Positions 1-8,602 of a stretch of 32,000 nt of DNA are shown here, one piece after another; within the stretch, counting starts at the first letter, position 1, and each line of letters starts with the position of its first letter. Below the pieces are notes generated by a model that was not told the origin of the DNA, did no database searches, and saw nothing but the letters and a program-made list of their open reading frames with translations. Location of the stretch: positions 750,001-782,000 of the forward strand of contig JAXLZO010000001.1 of the NCBI GenBank assembly GCA_046350815.1. The letters are read 5' to 3'. The stretch comes from Candidatus Saccharimonadota bacterium (GTDB taxonomy: Bacteria; Patescibacteriota; Gracilibacteria; BD1-5; UBA2023). The translations under genes and the position numbers were made by a program.

Positions 1-1
1 C

Positions 2-1591
2 ATCAAAGCAAAACCGATCAAGATATCACTCTCGAGTCTGAGTCAGCATCAGAAGCAGAAAGATCCAGAACGTCTCTATCAAGAAAAGGAAGAGGCACTT
101 GGAAAGATATTTGGTGAAAGTATTCCTCAGACAGGAGCTGATAGTCAAGATGTTTGATCAGGTGAAATGATTGATGTCATTCAAACAATTCCTCAAGAAA
201 CCAAACTTCTTGAAGAAGGAGGAAAACAGATTGAATCAAGTATTCAAGAAAATCCTATTGTATCTATATCAAGCATACCAGATCAGACTGATCTGGTAAG
301 TAGCTCTCAAGAAGACAGAGCAATACTCAATGAGGTGCCACCTGTAATTGAGTCTCAATTTGTAGAGCCAATATCCACCAAGAATGAGGGTAGTGCAGTG
401 GAAAATATGACGACACAGGAGAGTGTAAATACCCAAGATTTGCAACGTGATACCCTTGAAAATACACTTGAAAGTAGCTCTCAATCATCAAAGGATACGA
501 TTTCAGCAAGCTGAATAGCAATATCTCCACAGGCAGGTTTCTTTCCTGAACTTTCATTTATTACGCCAATCAGTATTTCAAAACCAGAAGATCTTTGATC
601 GGATGTTGCCCCAGGAGAGAATGATACTATCATTTCAAATGAGTCAGTTACTCCTCTGATTGATGCCACCCCACTACAAGAAGCAGTCACTTTGGGTGAA
701 CAAGAGCCTCAGGAGGTGCTATCTCATTCTGAAGTTGCTCTTACAGAGATAGCTTCACCAATCGAGTGATCACAAAGCAGTTCTTCTGATGAGGTTTCAG
801 TGCTCTGAGAGGCTGCAGTGATGCCTCAAGATATCAGTATATCTGAAACAGTAGAATGATCATCAGTTTTGGCTGAAGTTTCTCCACCAAATGAAACACC
901 TCCACAGGAGAGTGGTGCTCAAAATCTCCATGAAACAAATAAAAAATCGTTGCGTTGGGTGATATCTGGAGTTGTGGTTATGTTGCTTACACTTGGTTGA
1001 GGAGGTTTTTATCTCTGGAATAATCAATCACAGATATCTGTCCCAACGCCGAATAATGAAACAGATGAAACAATTATAAATATTGCTGATCTTCCGAAAA
1101 ATCCTTCGTCAACATGAACTCTTACCGGTGCTATCATGACATGATCGATATTAACTGGTACAACGATTGAAACAACAGGATCAACGATATTGATAGGAAC
1201 ATGAATGATGAATACAAGCTCTGGCGTGCTTATTGGATCGGGACTGATGTCTTCAAGTGGTGGTATCTCTATGAGCGGAGTGACATCTACCTGAGTACTC
1301 GTACAAAGTGGCACTATCAAGCCAACTCCCTCATCAGGAAGTGGTACAGTTGGAAACTCTTGATCTCTTGTATCAAATACCTCAACCGGAAAAGTTATCA
1401 CATCAACATGATCAAATACCTCGACTGGAAAAACTGTAACCGGAACTGGATCAAGCACCTCAAAGCCAAATACGAGTACTGGATCGACCGTGATAACACC
1501 AGCTGTGACTCCTCCAAAATATATTGAAGGTCGAGATTATAGAGTATACGGTGGTGGGTACAAACTTATACGAACAGTAAAAAAGAAATAA
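2..1591 (+). CDS. 5'-truncated acidic Ser/Thr/Gly-rich membrane-anchored protein, function unknown
   Basis: Frame 2 is open from the window edge to TAA 1589-1591 when its 13 in-frame TGA are read as Gly. One hydrophobic segment (KKSLRWVISGVVVMLLTLGGGGFYLW, ~950-1017) separates an acidic N-part from a Gly/Ser/Thr tail. Track ORF 167..514 is a fragment of it; 1201..1527(+) and 1024..1458(-) are off-frame shadows. Confidence 0.6.
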
Positions 1592-1595
1592 ATTT

Positions 1596-1877
1596 ATGAT
1601 GTTCTTTTGGAAAAAACGTACCAGCTTGAGTCAGCAGTGGTGTGACCGATTTATCTAATTTTTTGGAATGATCTGATCAATCATGACGCTACCGTAAATA
1701 CAAAAAATATGGTATGAGACGAATATAGATAGGGTTTCAATTATCTCATGGTCTACCTATCTCATTACCAGTTGTGTTTGGCCATTGTATGGCATATTCC
1801 ATAATATCTTTACGAACTTTCTTTGAATTCTTGCAAATGGTATGATTGTTATCGGAATATTGGTGCATGGATCATAA
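1596..1877 (+). pseudogene. SemiSWEET/PQ-loop-like small membrane protein interrupted by two in-frame TAA
   Basis: Frame 3 from ATG 1596 to TAA TAA 1875-1880 reads MMFFWKKRTSLSQQWCDRFI*FFGMIGSIMTLP*IQKIWYETNIDRVSIISWSTYLITSCVWPLYGIFHNIFTNFLGILANGMIVIGILVHGS. The TLP[Q]I..K, W..YG and ..AN.. spacing matches 3-TM SemiSWEET proteins. TAA occurs at 1656-1658 and exactly at the Q of the PQ motif (1695-1697). Confidence 0.45.
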
Positions 1878-1886
1878 TAATCCTTA

Positions 1887-2639
1887 GGGTCTAAACCAGT
1901 TACGGGTTATATTGACGAAGTAACTTTAGCACTTCCTTATAAATATCTTTTCATTGAATACGACAATTATATCTGAATTCAGATTCTTTCAAAAAATAGT
2001 AGAAGTAGACTTTCTTGATTCCATTGAATTGAGAGAGTCTTCTTTTGGTATAACTCCAAAATGACTCTATTCAATTAATGTGTTGAGTTCATCTTGCAAA
2101 TTCATTTGCTCCGTGATGAACACGGTAGTGTTTCTCATATCCAATATCTACAAGCCCATCATAAGCTCACCATCCATCACTGTTAATCTCAGACTCTTCT
2201 ATACGAAGTTTTCATCGAATGATTGGCACGAGAGTCCTTGCTTTTACATCAGGAACTATCTCAGTATATACTTTTCAGTTTCTTTTGAGTAAACCAAAGA
2301 CTATTGTCTTCATACCAGCTCACCTTCCTCTCTTTCATCGGACTCTTGTTGGTCAGAAGTAACTCTCATCTATCTCAACATTTCCAGTCCATATTTCATT
2401 CTTTTCTCTCTCACAGAGAAAGGCTATCGCCTTTCTGATATATCTATACCAATCCTGTGTTGTTTTTGGATTGAGACCTGTTAATACCGCTGTTTTATCT
2501 GAAGTAAAATCCAGAGAAAAATATTTCACAATTTCTCTTATTTTTGCATCTCAAATTCGTGATTTTTTCCTATAGGTAGTTTTACTGATCATAGAGCCAA
2601 GTTTATGGGATAATTTATCCTGTCAACTGGTTTAGACCC
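1887..2639 (-). mobile_element. compact IS1595-family (ISXO2-like) insertion sequence
   Basis: Perfect 15-bp terminal inverted repeats GGGTCTAAACCAGTT (1887-1901) and AACTGGTTTAGACCC (2625-2639) enclose a single transposase ORF. A 7-bp direct repeat ATCCTTA (1880-1886 and 2640-2646) flanks the element as a target-site duplication. Confidence 0.85.
1900..2592 (-). CDS. IS1595-family DDE transposase (ISXO2-like domain), 230 aa
   Basis: With TGA=Gly the frame is open from ATG 2592 to TAA 1900-1902. Translation contains VEIDESYFGPTRVRGKRGRGAGMKTIVFGLLKRNGKVYTEIVPDV...IIRGKL...DGWGAYDGLVDIGYEKHYRVHHGANEFARGTQHINGIESFWSYTKRRL, the hallmark ISXO2-like motifs. All 10 in-frame TGA fall on glycines conserved in that family. 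Confidence 0.9.
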
Positions 2640-2687
2640 ATCCTTATTATTGTTGTTGATAGGGTTGGGACTTAAATCAAGATGATT

Positions 2688-2732
2688 AGTACTTAAAAAA
2701 CATATTCCCTGTGAATATGTTTTTTAAGTACT
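2688..2732 (-). terminator. intrinsic terminator hairpin downstream of the CHAP gene (bidirectional shape)
   Basis: Perfect 19-bp inverted repeat AGTACTTAAAAAACATATT / AATATGTTTTTTAAGTACT with a 7-nt loop and A/T runs inside both arms. It lies 24 nt past the CHAP stop. Confidence 0.6.
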
Positions 2733-2755
2733 TTAGAGTGATACGATATCTAATT

Positions 2756-3328
2756 TTAGAGGAGCGGTTCTCTTTCATTGTTTTTAAGGCGATTGATTTT
2801 ATTGGTGCTGTCTGCGACGAGAGGGTCTCCTTGTAAATTGGGTGGTGTGTTGAGGGGTAACTCTTCTCGACTTGCAACGGTACTTGTTTTGCTGTAGCGA
2901 TACCATCCGAGGCATTTTCCTCTTCATTTGGTCGCTGAATACCCAATACTTCTTAAGACAATAGCATTATCTCAGAGCCCGTCTCATGCACCTGTTCACC
3001 CATTCTGATCGATTACGTTGAGTCGAGTCAGATTTGATTTTTCATCGACAATAGCCACATGACCGTATGGATTGGTTGGGGTTGCATCGAAGAAGAGAAT
3101 ATCACCGACTCTCGGTATCGAGAGGAGGCTGTTATTAATTTTGGTCCATCATGACCCAAATGGAGATCCGGATTTCCATGCATTAATAGCTGATCCTGAG
3201 AATCAAAGAAGCGGTATATTCAAGAGTTCACAATATTTCTTTACCCATGATACGCACTGATAGCCAAATTGGGGATCTTCTTGATACCTGGATCCGATCC
3301 ATTGAGAGAGAATTTCTTTGTGAGTCAT
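2756..3328 (-). CDS. CHAP-domain peptidoglycan hydrolase (amidase/endopeptidase), 190 aa
   Basis: ATG 3328 to TAA 2756-2758, checked triplet by triplet. Catalytic-type motifs FGYQCVSWVKKY (Cys) and GDILFFDATPTNPYGHVAIV (His), then NVIDQNGGTG, are typical of CHAP domains. Several in-frame TGA read as Gly. Confidence 0.8.
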
Positions 3329-3337
3329 AATTGTAGA

Positions 3338-3898
3338 TTAAATCATAAGAAAACTACGGAACCCTCGAGAACCATAATACGAATCAGCACCGTTATGGTA
3401 GGTAAAGACAGTATCATAACGACGATCACAGAAGAGTGCACCGCCGAGCTTTCGAATATCATTTGGTGTTGTTATCCAGCTTGATGTCTTGAGGTCGAAC
3501 TCTCAGAGTTTCTGCAGATCTCTGTATTGTTCCTCTGTTAGGAGCTTTACTCCCATAGCATTCGCTATATCAAGAGCTGTATTTTGTGGTTTGTGTTCCT
3601 TTCGTGCGTCGAGCGCTTCACGATCATAACAGATACTTCGACGACCTTTTGGTGTCTCGATCGAGCAATCACAGAAGATATATTGACTGGTTTTCGCATC
3701 GTATCCGACCACATCCGGTTCACCACCCGTTTCCTCCATCTGAGAGAGTGACCATAGTTTATCATTCTGTGCTTCCAATTTGGTCTGTATATCTTTCCAC
3801 ACAAGATCTTTGTGGCGATTGGAATGTTTTTCAAAACGTGCTTTTAAGAGAGCTATAAACTCTGTACTCTGTTCAGATGTGAGTTTATTTTTGTGCAT
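3338..3898 (-). CDS. DUF4256-family protein, 186 aa
   Basis: Track ORF 3503..3898 continues through TGA 3503-3505 to TAA 3338-3340. The full product (...WSLSQMEETGGEPDVVGYD...CSIETPKGRRSICYDREALDARKEHKP...LGEFDLKTSSWITTPNDIRKLGGALFCDRRYDTVFTYHNGADSYYGSRGFR) matches the DUF4256 pattern as I remember it. Confidence 0.75.
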
Positions 3899-3989
3899 AT
3901 TTTTATTTCAAAAAATAGAATACCCGTATAACTCTCAGAGTATATATGAATGTTTACTCTTTTCCAAATCAATGCATCTGGGGGTCTTC

Positions 3990-5000
3990 TTACTCCAGTA
4001 ATTGGTTGTATGTCTTGATGATAATTGGGAAAAACTCATCATGCACATAGAGGAGAAGATAATCAAGAAACTTGTCTCTCTCCGTTGGTGTCATTGTTTG
4101 ATTACCCCAACCATTTTTGAGCACATCTTGAAGATTATATTCCCCAACCACTTCTAATCTTCTATCGATAAATTTCTGAAAGAGTCGCAAGAAATCTTGG
4201 TCGATTTCTTCATGTCCTATGCACTCACCATTATGCATTTGGATACATCGAAAGACTTCCTGAAATCTTTCCACCATTTGATTATCTGGTATCCGCACAC
4301 CACTGTTGTCACTTTGGAAGAATTCCTGAATCTCTTTTCATTCATCCAATATAGATTCTTTGATACGATCCGAGTGAATAATGGGAAATCATGCGAGCAT
4401 ACCACTTGGGTCAATATCAACAAATGGGAAAAACTGAGCAAGTCATGGTCAGAGTATTTCTATACTCGAATAGAGTTGGCTTCCCCAATATTTTTCTGCC
4501 GTATCGACGAAATTTGCATAACTGATTGGGTGATATGCACTATCATTCTGATCTTGCAAAGATGGATGAGGTCGATCTGAATGAAACTCCCTCATATCTG
4601 GATCGAGTATTTTGTGTCCAATACGGATTACATTGGTAAATCAAACAATATCTGGACTCTCCCGATCTTGATAGACTACATAATCATGTTCAAAGAGTCA
4701 TCATTTCGCTTGAAACTCACGTATAATTGGATGCTCTTTGAGAATAGTATAGACCCGTCCGCAGATGATATGGCAATAACCTCTCGGATATTGTCTCGGA
4801 TCCATAGTGCTATATTGGGGAAGAGGGGAGTCTTGATATTCATAGCACCCATGAAAGATATCCTCAGAAAAACTCGGATCTATGAGAGTGTGTATCGCTT
4901 CAATCGTTGCCTGAACAAGCTCCTGTTCACCTTTTGGGAGCAGTATATCTTCATAGAGTGTTCGTTGATCAGAAGATATACTTCCATTGAGGGATTTCAT
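3990..5000 (-). CDS. hypothetical protein, 336 aa
   Basis: Track ORFs 4701..5000 and 3990..4298 lie in one frame. Every triplet in between was checked and the only stops are TGA, including a TGA-TGA doublet at 4698-4703 (reads ..AKGGLFEH..). No recognisable domain. Confidence 0.65.
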
Positions 5001-5075
5001 CTTTTATAGGGTCAATTTCTCCAAGCATACCATATTTTTCAGACGATTGCAAAATACAACCACGTTACTCCTTAT

Positions 5076-6158
5076 CTATTTCCCCGATTTCGTCCTATTG
5101 CAATTCTTACAGAGCATCTGACAGTTTTCAGCCGTTGTTTTCCCTCCCTCGTGCCACGGAGTGATATGATCTGCTTCCATCTCTTGGATTGCAAACTGGA
5201 GGCGACACTTCGTACAGATACCTTGCTGCCGCTCATAGGATTCTCTCTTTTGTTTCTCAGTGAATGCGCGGATACTCAGATATTTCTCATTCCGAGTCAG
5301 GACATATTCGTAGATACCGGACTTTTTCGTGACATCTTCATCTTGCATAAGTTTTGTGATTTCTCCCTCGAGTTCTGCTGCATCGTATTCCTGATCTTTG
5401 AACTGATTATAGAGTATTCACCATCCACCACCTTTCATTTCTCTTCGATAGTTTGGGAACACGGCCCGTACCCAATTGATCACACTCTGAAAGTAGAGCC
5501 AGAGCTCATTCGCATTCGGTTTATGCTGATGAGTCGCCATATATTCCTCGATAGTATCATCACTGATCCATGAGAGAGCTGTCTCAAGATATTCTTGGCG
5601 TATGGGAGATCCATTCAGATAGTCACTTCCGATATTATAGGTAGGACATCATGTCTTGCTGAAGTACCGCTTTGCATCCGTGAGCCATGTTCCCGTATAG
5701 ACAGCATTTCGTAGCTCTTGTTCGGTGAGTTTCTCACCTGCAATATTGATCGTCTTGAACCAATCAAGCTTCTCACGATCATTCCCCTCGCAGATATAGA
5801 CCATGAGTTTATAGCTCAGGATCTGTTCTCTCTCCACATCGGTGAGATTGTGAAAATACTGAAAATCAAGAGAGAAATTCCCACTCACATATTCACAGAT
5901 ACTGATCGTTCGCTGCTGTCCATCGAGTACCTCATAGGTTCCATCTTCATTTTTCACCCAATACATTACATTGAGCGGGAAATCCTTACGAACTGTCTCA
6001 ATCACAGAGTTTCTCTGCTTATCTTTATAGACGAACTCTCGCTGGTACTTCGGGCGAATATTGAGTGCTCCACTATACCCGATCACACCATCTTCTTGAT
6101 TGTTGATATATCCGGCTGCAACTTCACGGATCATGATTTCTTGGAGTTTGATTTTCAT
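5076..6158 (-). CDS. fused DUF262 (ParB/GmrSD-N-like, DGQQR motif) - HNH endonuclease, 360 aa
   Basis: Track ORFs 5649..6158 and 5076..5348 are joined in frame through TGA codons, with the intervening triplets checked. The N-terminus has FPLNVMYWV...YEVLDGQQRTISI (DUF262). The C-terminus has CTKCRLQF...ADHITPWHEGGKTTAENCQMLCKNCNRTK (HNH with CxxC pairs). Stop is TAG 5076-5078. Confidence 0.85.
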
Positions 6159-6167
6159 AGGGGAGAG

Positions 6168-7127
6168 TTAAGAATGTAATTTTTTATTTTGGATAATAAT
6201 GCGAAAATATGGACATTTTCCATTAATACTTAAATCTTTCTCATCGTTGCCTTTGCGAAACTTGATAATCTCAAATTGATCTGGATTAAATTTATCAAGA
6301 AAAGTAATTGGAACACCTATGTGACCTGTATAATCTATTGGAATATCTTTTGTTTTATCTACGTTGATTGCATCGTAGTTGTCATACTTTGGATATTCAC
6401 TTTTATTTTCTCTATAAACTTTATAGAGGATTAAATCTTCATGTCGTTCCTTGTAATCGATATTCGTGAACCAACGAACTCATTTTACTCGAATGTATTT
6501 ATTTCACTCCGCATCGACTCTGCTTCAGGCAGCGAGAAGTGGGTAGTGTTCTGGAACTCTGAATTCTCGATCCCCACTATGAATGCTTTTTCAGAACCAA
6601 ACTCGATTTTCCTGAATGAGTTTGAAAAAATCTTTATACGTTATCGCGTTTTGGTTTCCGATGATGATGAATTTTTTCTCATATTCGAAGAGTTGAGCGA
6701 TATATTCACGAAAGAGTGAAAATGGGGGATTGGTGATGACAATATCTGACTCTTTTAGTATCTCGATACATTCAGGACTTCGGAAGTCACCGTTTTGTTT
6801 GAGTGGAGTTTTCACCGTATCGAGCTTGTTGATTTTTCCATCGCCATTGATATCGGCGATAATCTCGAGCTTGTACGATGGTTTGTCATAGTCAAAATGA
6901 GTCGATACGAGCTTTTTAAGTCCGAGAAATTCAAAATTCTCAGAGAGATATCTCCAGAAGTGACTTTCTTCAGGATCATCACAATTGCAGAAGATAACCT
7001 TGTCTTTAAGATGCTCTTTATAGTTTTGTATCTCTTTCTCGATATCAGATATCTGTGTGTAGAACTCATCATTCTTTCCTCTGATAGCATTATGTAAATT
7101 CCTATTTCAGGACTTCTTTTCGGACAT
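6168..7127 (-). CDS. N6-adenine DNA methyltransferase, EcoRI-methylase-like family, 319 aa
   Basis: ATG 7127 to TAA 6168-6170 in one frame with TGA=Gly. Motifs NDEFYTQISDIEKEI, VIFCNCDDPEESHFW, DIVITNPPFSLFREYI (NPPF catalytic motif), KKFIIIGNQNAITYK and GVPITFLDKFNPDQFEII. The stop lies 9 nt before the DUF262-HNH start. Track ORF 6812..7177(-) is an off-frame shadow. Confidence 0.88.
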
Positions 7128-7360
7128 AAAAAATGGCAATTAAATATAATTGCCGAGTTTTTCGGTGTTGTAAGCAAACAAAAACGGGTGATTTTATCGA
7201 CCTATTCTAGTTTGCTTACAACGAGATTTCCGTAGCTTTTATATAAAAGGACGGGCGGTGATAAAATCACCCGACTTGTTTATAAAAACCACAGAAAAAT
7301 TGTGTTTGAAAATCTCGGTTGTAAGCCCGAGCACTATATTGGAAATACGATTGAAGGCAA
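7128..7360 (-). promoter_or_regulatory. putative promoter plus ~200-nt highly structured 5' leader of the methyltransferase/nuclease operon (candidate cis-regulatory RNA)
   Basis: On the minus strand TTGCCT (7355-7360), 16 nt, then TATAGT (7333-7338). Downstream elements: hairpin CTCGG/CCGAG (7314-7332) with loop TTGTAAGC; 13-bp helix 7168-7180:7210-7222; 14-bp helix 7185-7198:7260-7273 interleaved with it; palindrome CTTTTATATAAAAG (7236-7249); and hairpin GGCAATT/AATTGCC (7134-7153) plus a U-run abutting the ATG. Confidence 0.4.
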
Positions 7361-7430
7361 GAAAACTATTTTAGTCAGTATTTGCACTGTTCATCAGTGT
7401 GTGTATCATATGTTTTAATCGTTTTTTACT

Positions 7431-7958
7431 ATGGCTTGAAGAACTAACTGTCTTGAAAGGGCATGACACATAGTTATACTCATCAATTGGATACAATGAC
7501 GCTTGGTTGATTTAATTATTTTTAAAAAACATCCAAGAGCATTGAATCATTTCGTAAAGAATAATAGCTCTCCGACTGTAGGCAAGGAAAGAAGGAGGTA
7601 TTGGAAGAAGAATTTTGCAGACATAATAAAAGAATTTTCTGATCTTTTCCCCAACCTTCCATTGAATTGGTTGCCATTACTTAAAGATTTAAATATAAAA
7701 AGAGATATGATTGCACATTGAAATATATCTCTTTATCGTGATTATATTTTCTATCAACCAGATGATAATCATGCGAAAAAGAAGCTGAGATTAATTCGAA
7801 ATACTATTGATGGAAAAATAACCAAGATGACATGCTTCAAATTATCTTTTGATGATAACAATTATGAAGATATTCTGAGTAGTATTCTTCAGTTTGATGA
7901 AAAGCTATTTCCTCATCTTGCACGAGAAATGGGTTTTGATTATGAACGGATAAGATAG
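7431..7958 (+). CDS. small HEPN-motif protein (putative Abi-like RNase), 175 aa
   Basis: Frame 3 is open from ATG 7431 to TAG 7956-7958 with 4 TGA read as Gly, extending track ORF 7503..7721. It contains LNIKRDMIAHG, an R-x4-H HEPN-type motif. A possible promoter is TTGCAC (7382-7387), 16 nt, TATCAT (7404-7409). The start codon choice is uncertain. Confidence 0.45.
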
Positions 7959-7966
7959 CAAAAACC

Positions 7967-8022
7967 AGACGTATAAAAATAATTCCTTCTTATCAATAAG
8001 AAGGAATTATTTTTATACGTCT
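7967..8022. terminator. very long perfect hairpin, bidirectional terminator between convergent genes
   Basis: AGACGTATAAAAATAATTCCTTCTTA (7967-7992) and TAAGAAGGAATTATTTTTATACGTCT (7997-8022) form a perfect 26-bp stem with a 4-nt loop and internal A/T runs. Confidence 0.7.
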
Positions 8023-8109
8023 ATACTATAACTCACCTTCAACGCCCCATCTTTCATTTTTATCTTCCGGATTTCCATCGGTCCAAGAAATACGAAACAG
8101 AAACAAAAA

Positions 8110-8131
8110 GAACACCTTCCAAAGGTGTTCT
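8110..8131 (-). terminator. canonical rho-independent terminator
   Basis: On the minus strand GAACACCTTTGGAAGGTGTTC is followed by TTTTTGTTTC. It starts 6 nt after the TGA that ends ORF 8138..8602. Confidence 0.7.
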
Positions 8132-8137
8132 CATTTT

Positions 8138-8602
8138 TCATACTTCCCCCTCCTTCAGTTTACGCAGATAAACTGAGATAAATTGATGATTTTTTGTGGT
8201 GCACCAGTTGGCGATTTGCCAGTACACACCGAACAGAATAATGGAAACACTGACGACCAGCTTGATGGCAGATTGGTCTGATATATGTGGGCTGATCAAT
8301 TCAATTATTATGACCAGAATACCACAAATCATTATGTCGAAAAAGACCATCAACATACGAAGCATACCCATATGATATTGAGTATTCATTCTCATACCTT
8401 CCTCAAGATTTGCTATCGTCGTCTTATTCCCCCAGCAAGCAGCGATCCTCACCGATTCTTCCTCTCCAAGATATGCTTGGAAAGTTTTTTGTGCTCTCTC
8501 CAATACACCTTTCACTCCGATTTGCACTGCTAAGATGAAAACAGCTATGATGATGCCGAATCCAACCATAACCATCCCCACTACCCATTTTTCCACAGTC
8601 AT
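8138..8602 (-). CDS. small multi-pass membrane protein, 154 aa, apparently terminated by TGA (standard-code gene)
   Basis: AGAGGTG lies 5 nt before ATG 8602 (MTVEKWVVGMVMVGFGIIIAV...). There is no in-frame TGA. The ORF ends at TGA 8138-8140, directly followed by a terminator. Under code 25 it would run on 26 codons to TAA 8060-8062. An own promoter-like TTTACA..TATACT lies upstream. Confidence 0.55.
   Translation of the reverse strand: MTVEKWVVGMVMVGFGIIIAVFILAVQIGVKGVLERAQKTFQAYLGEEESVRIAACWGNKTTIANLEEGMRMNTQYHMGMLRMLMVFFDIMICGILVIIIELISPHISDQSAIKLVVSVSIILFGVYWQIANWCTTKNHQFISVYLRKLKEGEV

Noticed and set aside
1024-1527. Track ORFs 1201..1527(+) and 1024..1458(-) as genes
   Set aside because: They overlap the code-25 frame-2 gene, which is continuous from the window edge to 1591. 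They arise from the compositional periodicity of its Gly/Ser/Thr repeat region.
6812-7177. Track ORF 6812..7177(-), 121 aa
   Set aside because: It is out of frame with the methyltransferase. The methyltransferase's conserved N-terminal motifs (NDEFYTQ, CNCDDPE) occupy the same DNA in the other frame once TGA is read as Gly.
7168-7273. Invertible promoter switch, retron msr/msd, or type III toxin-antitoxin RNA repeats
   Set aside because: The segments enclosed by the inverted repeats are only 29 and 61 bp. No recombinase or reverse transcriptase is nearby, and there are no tandem direct repeats preceding the HEPN gene.
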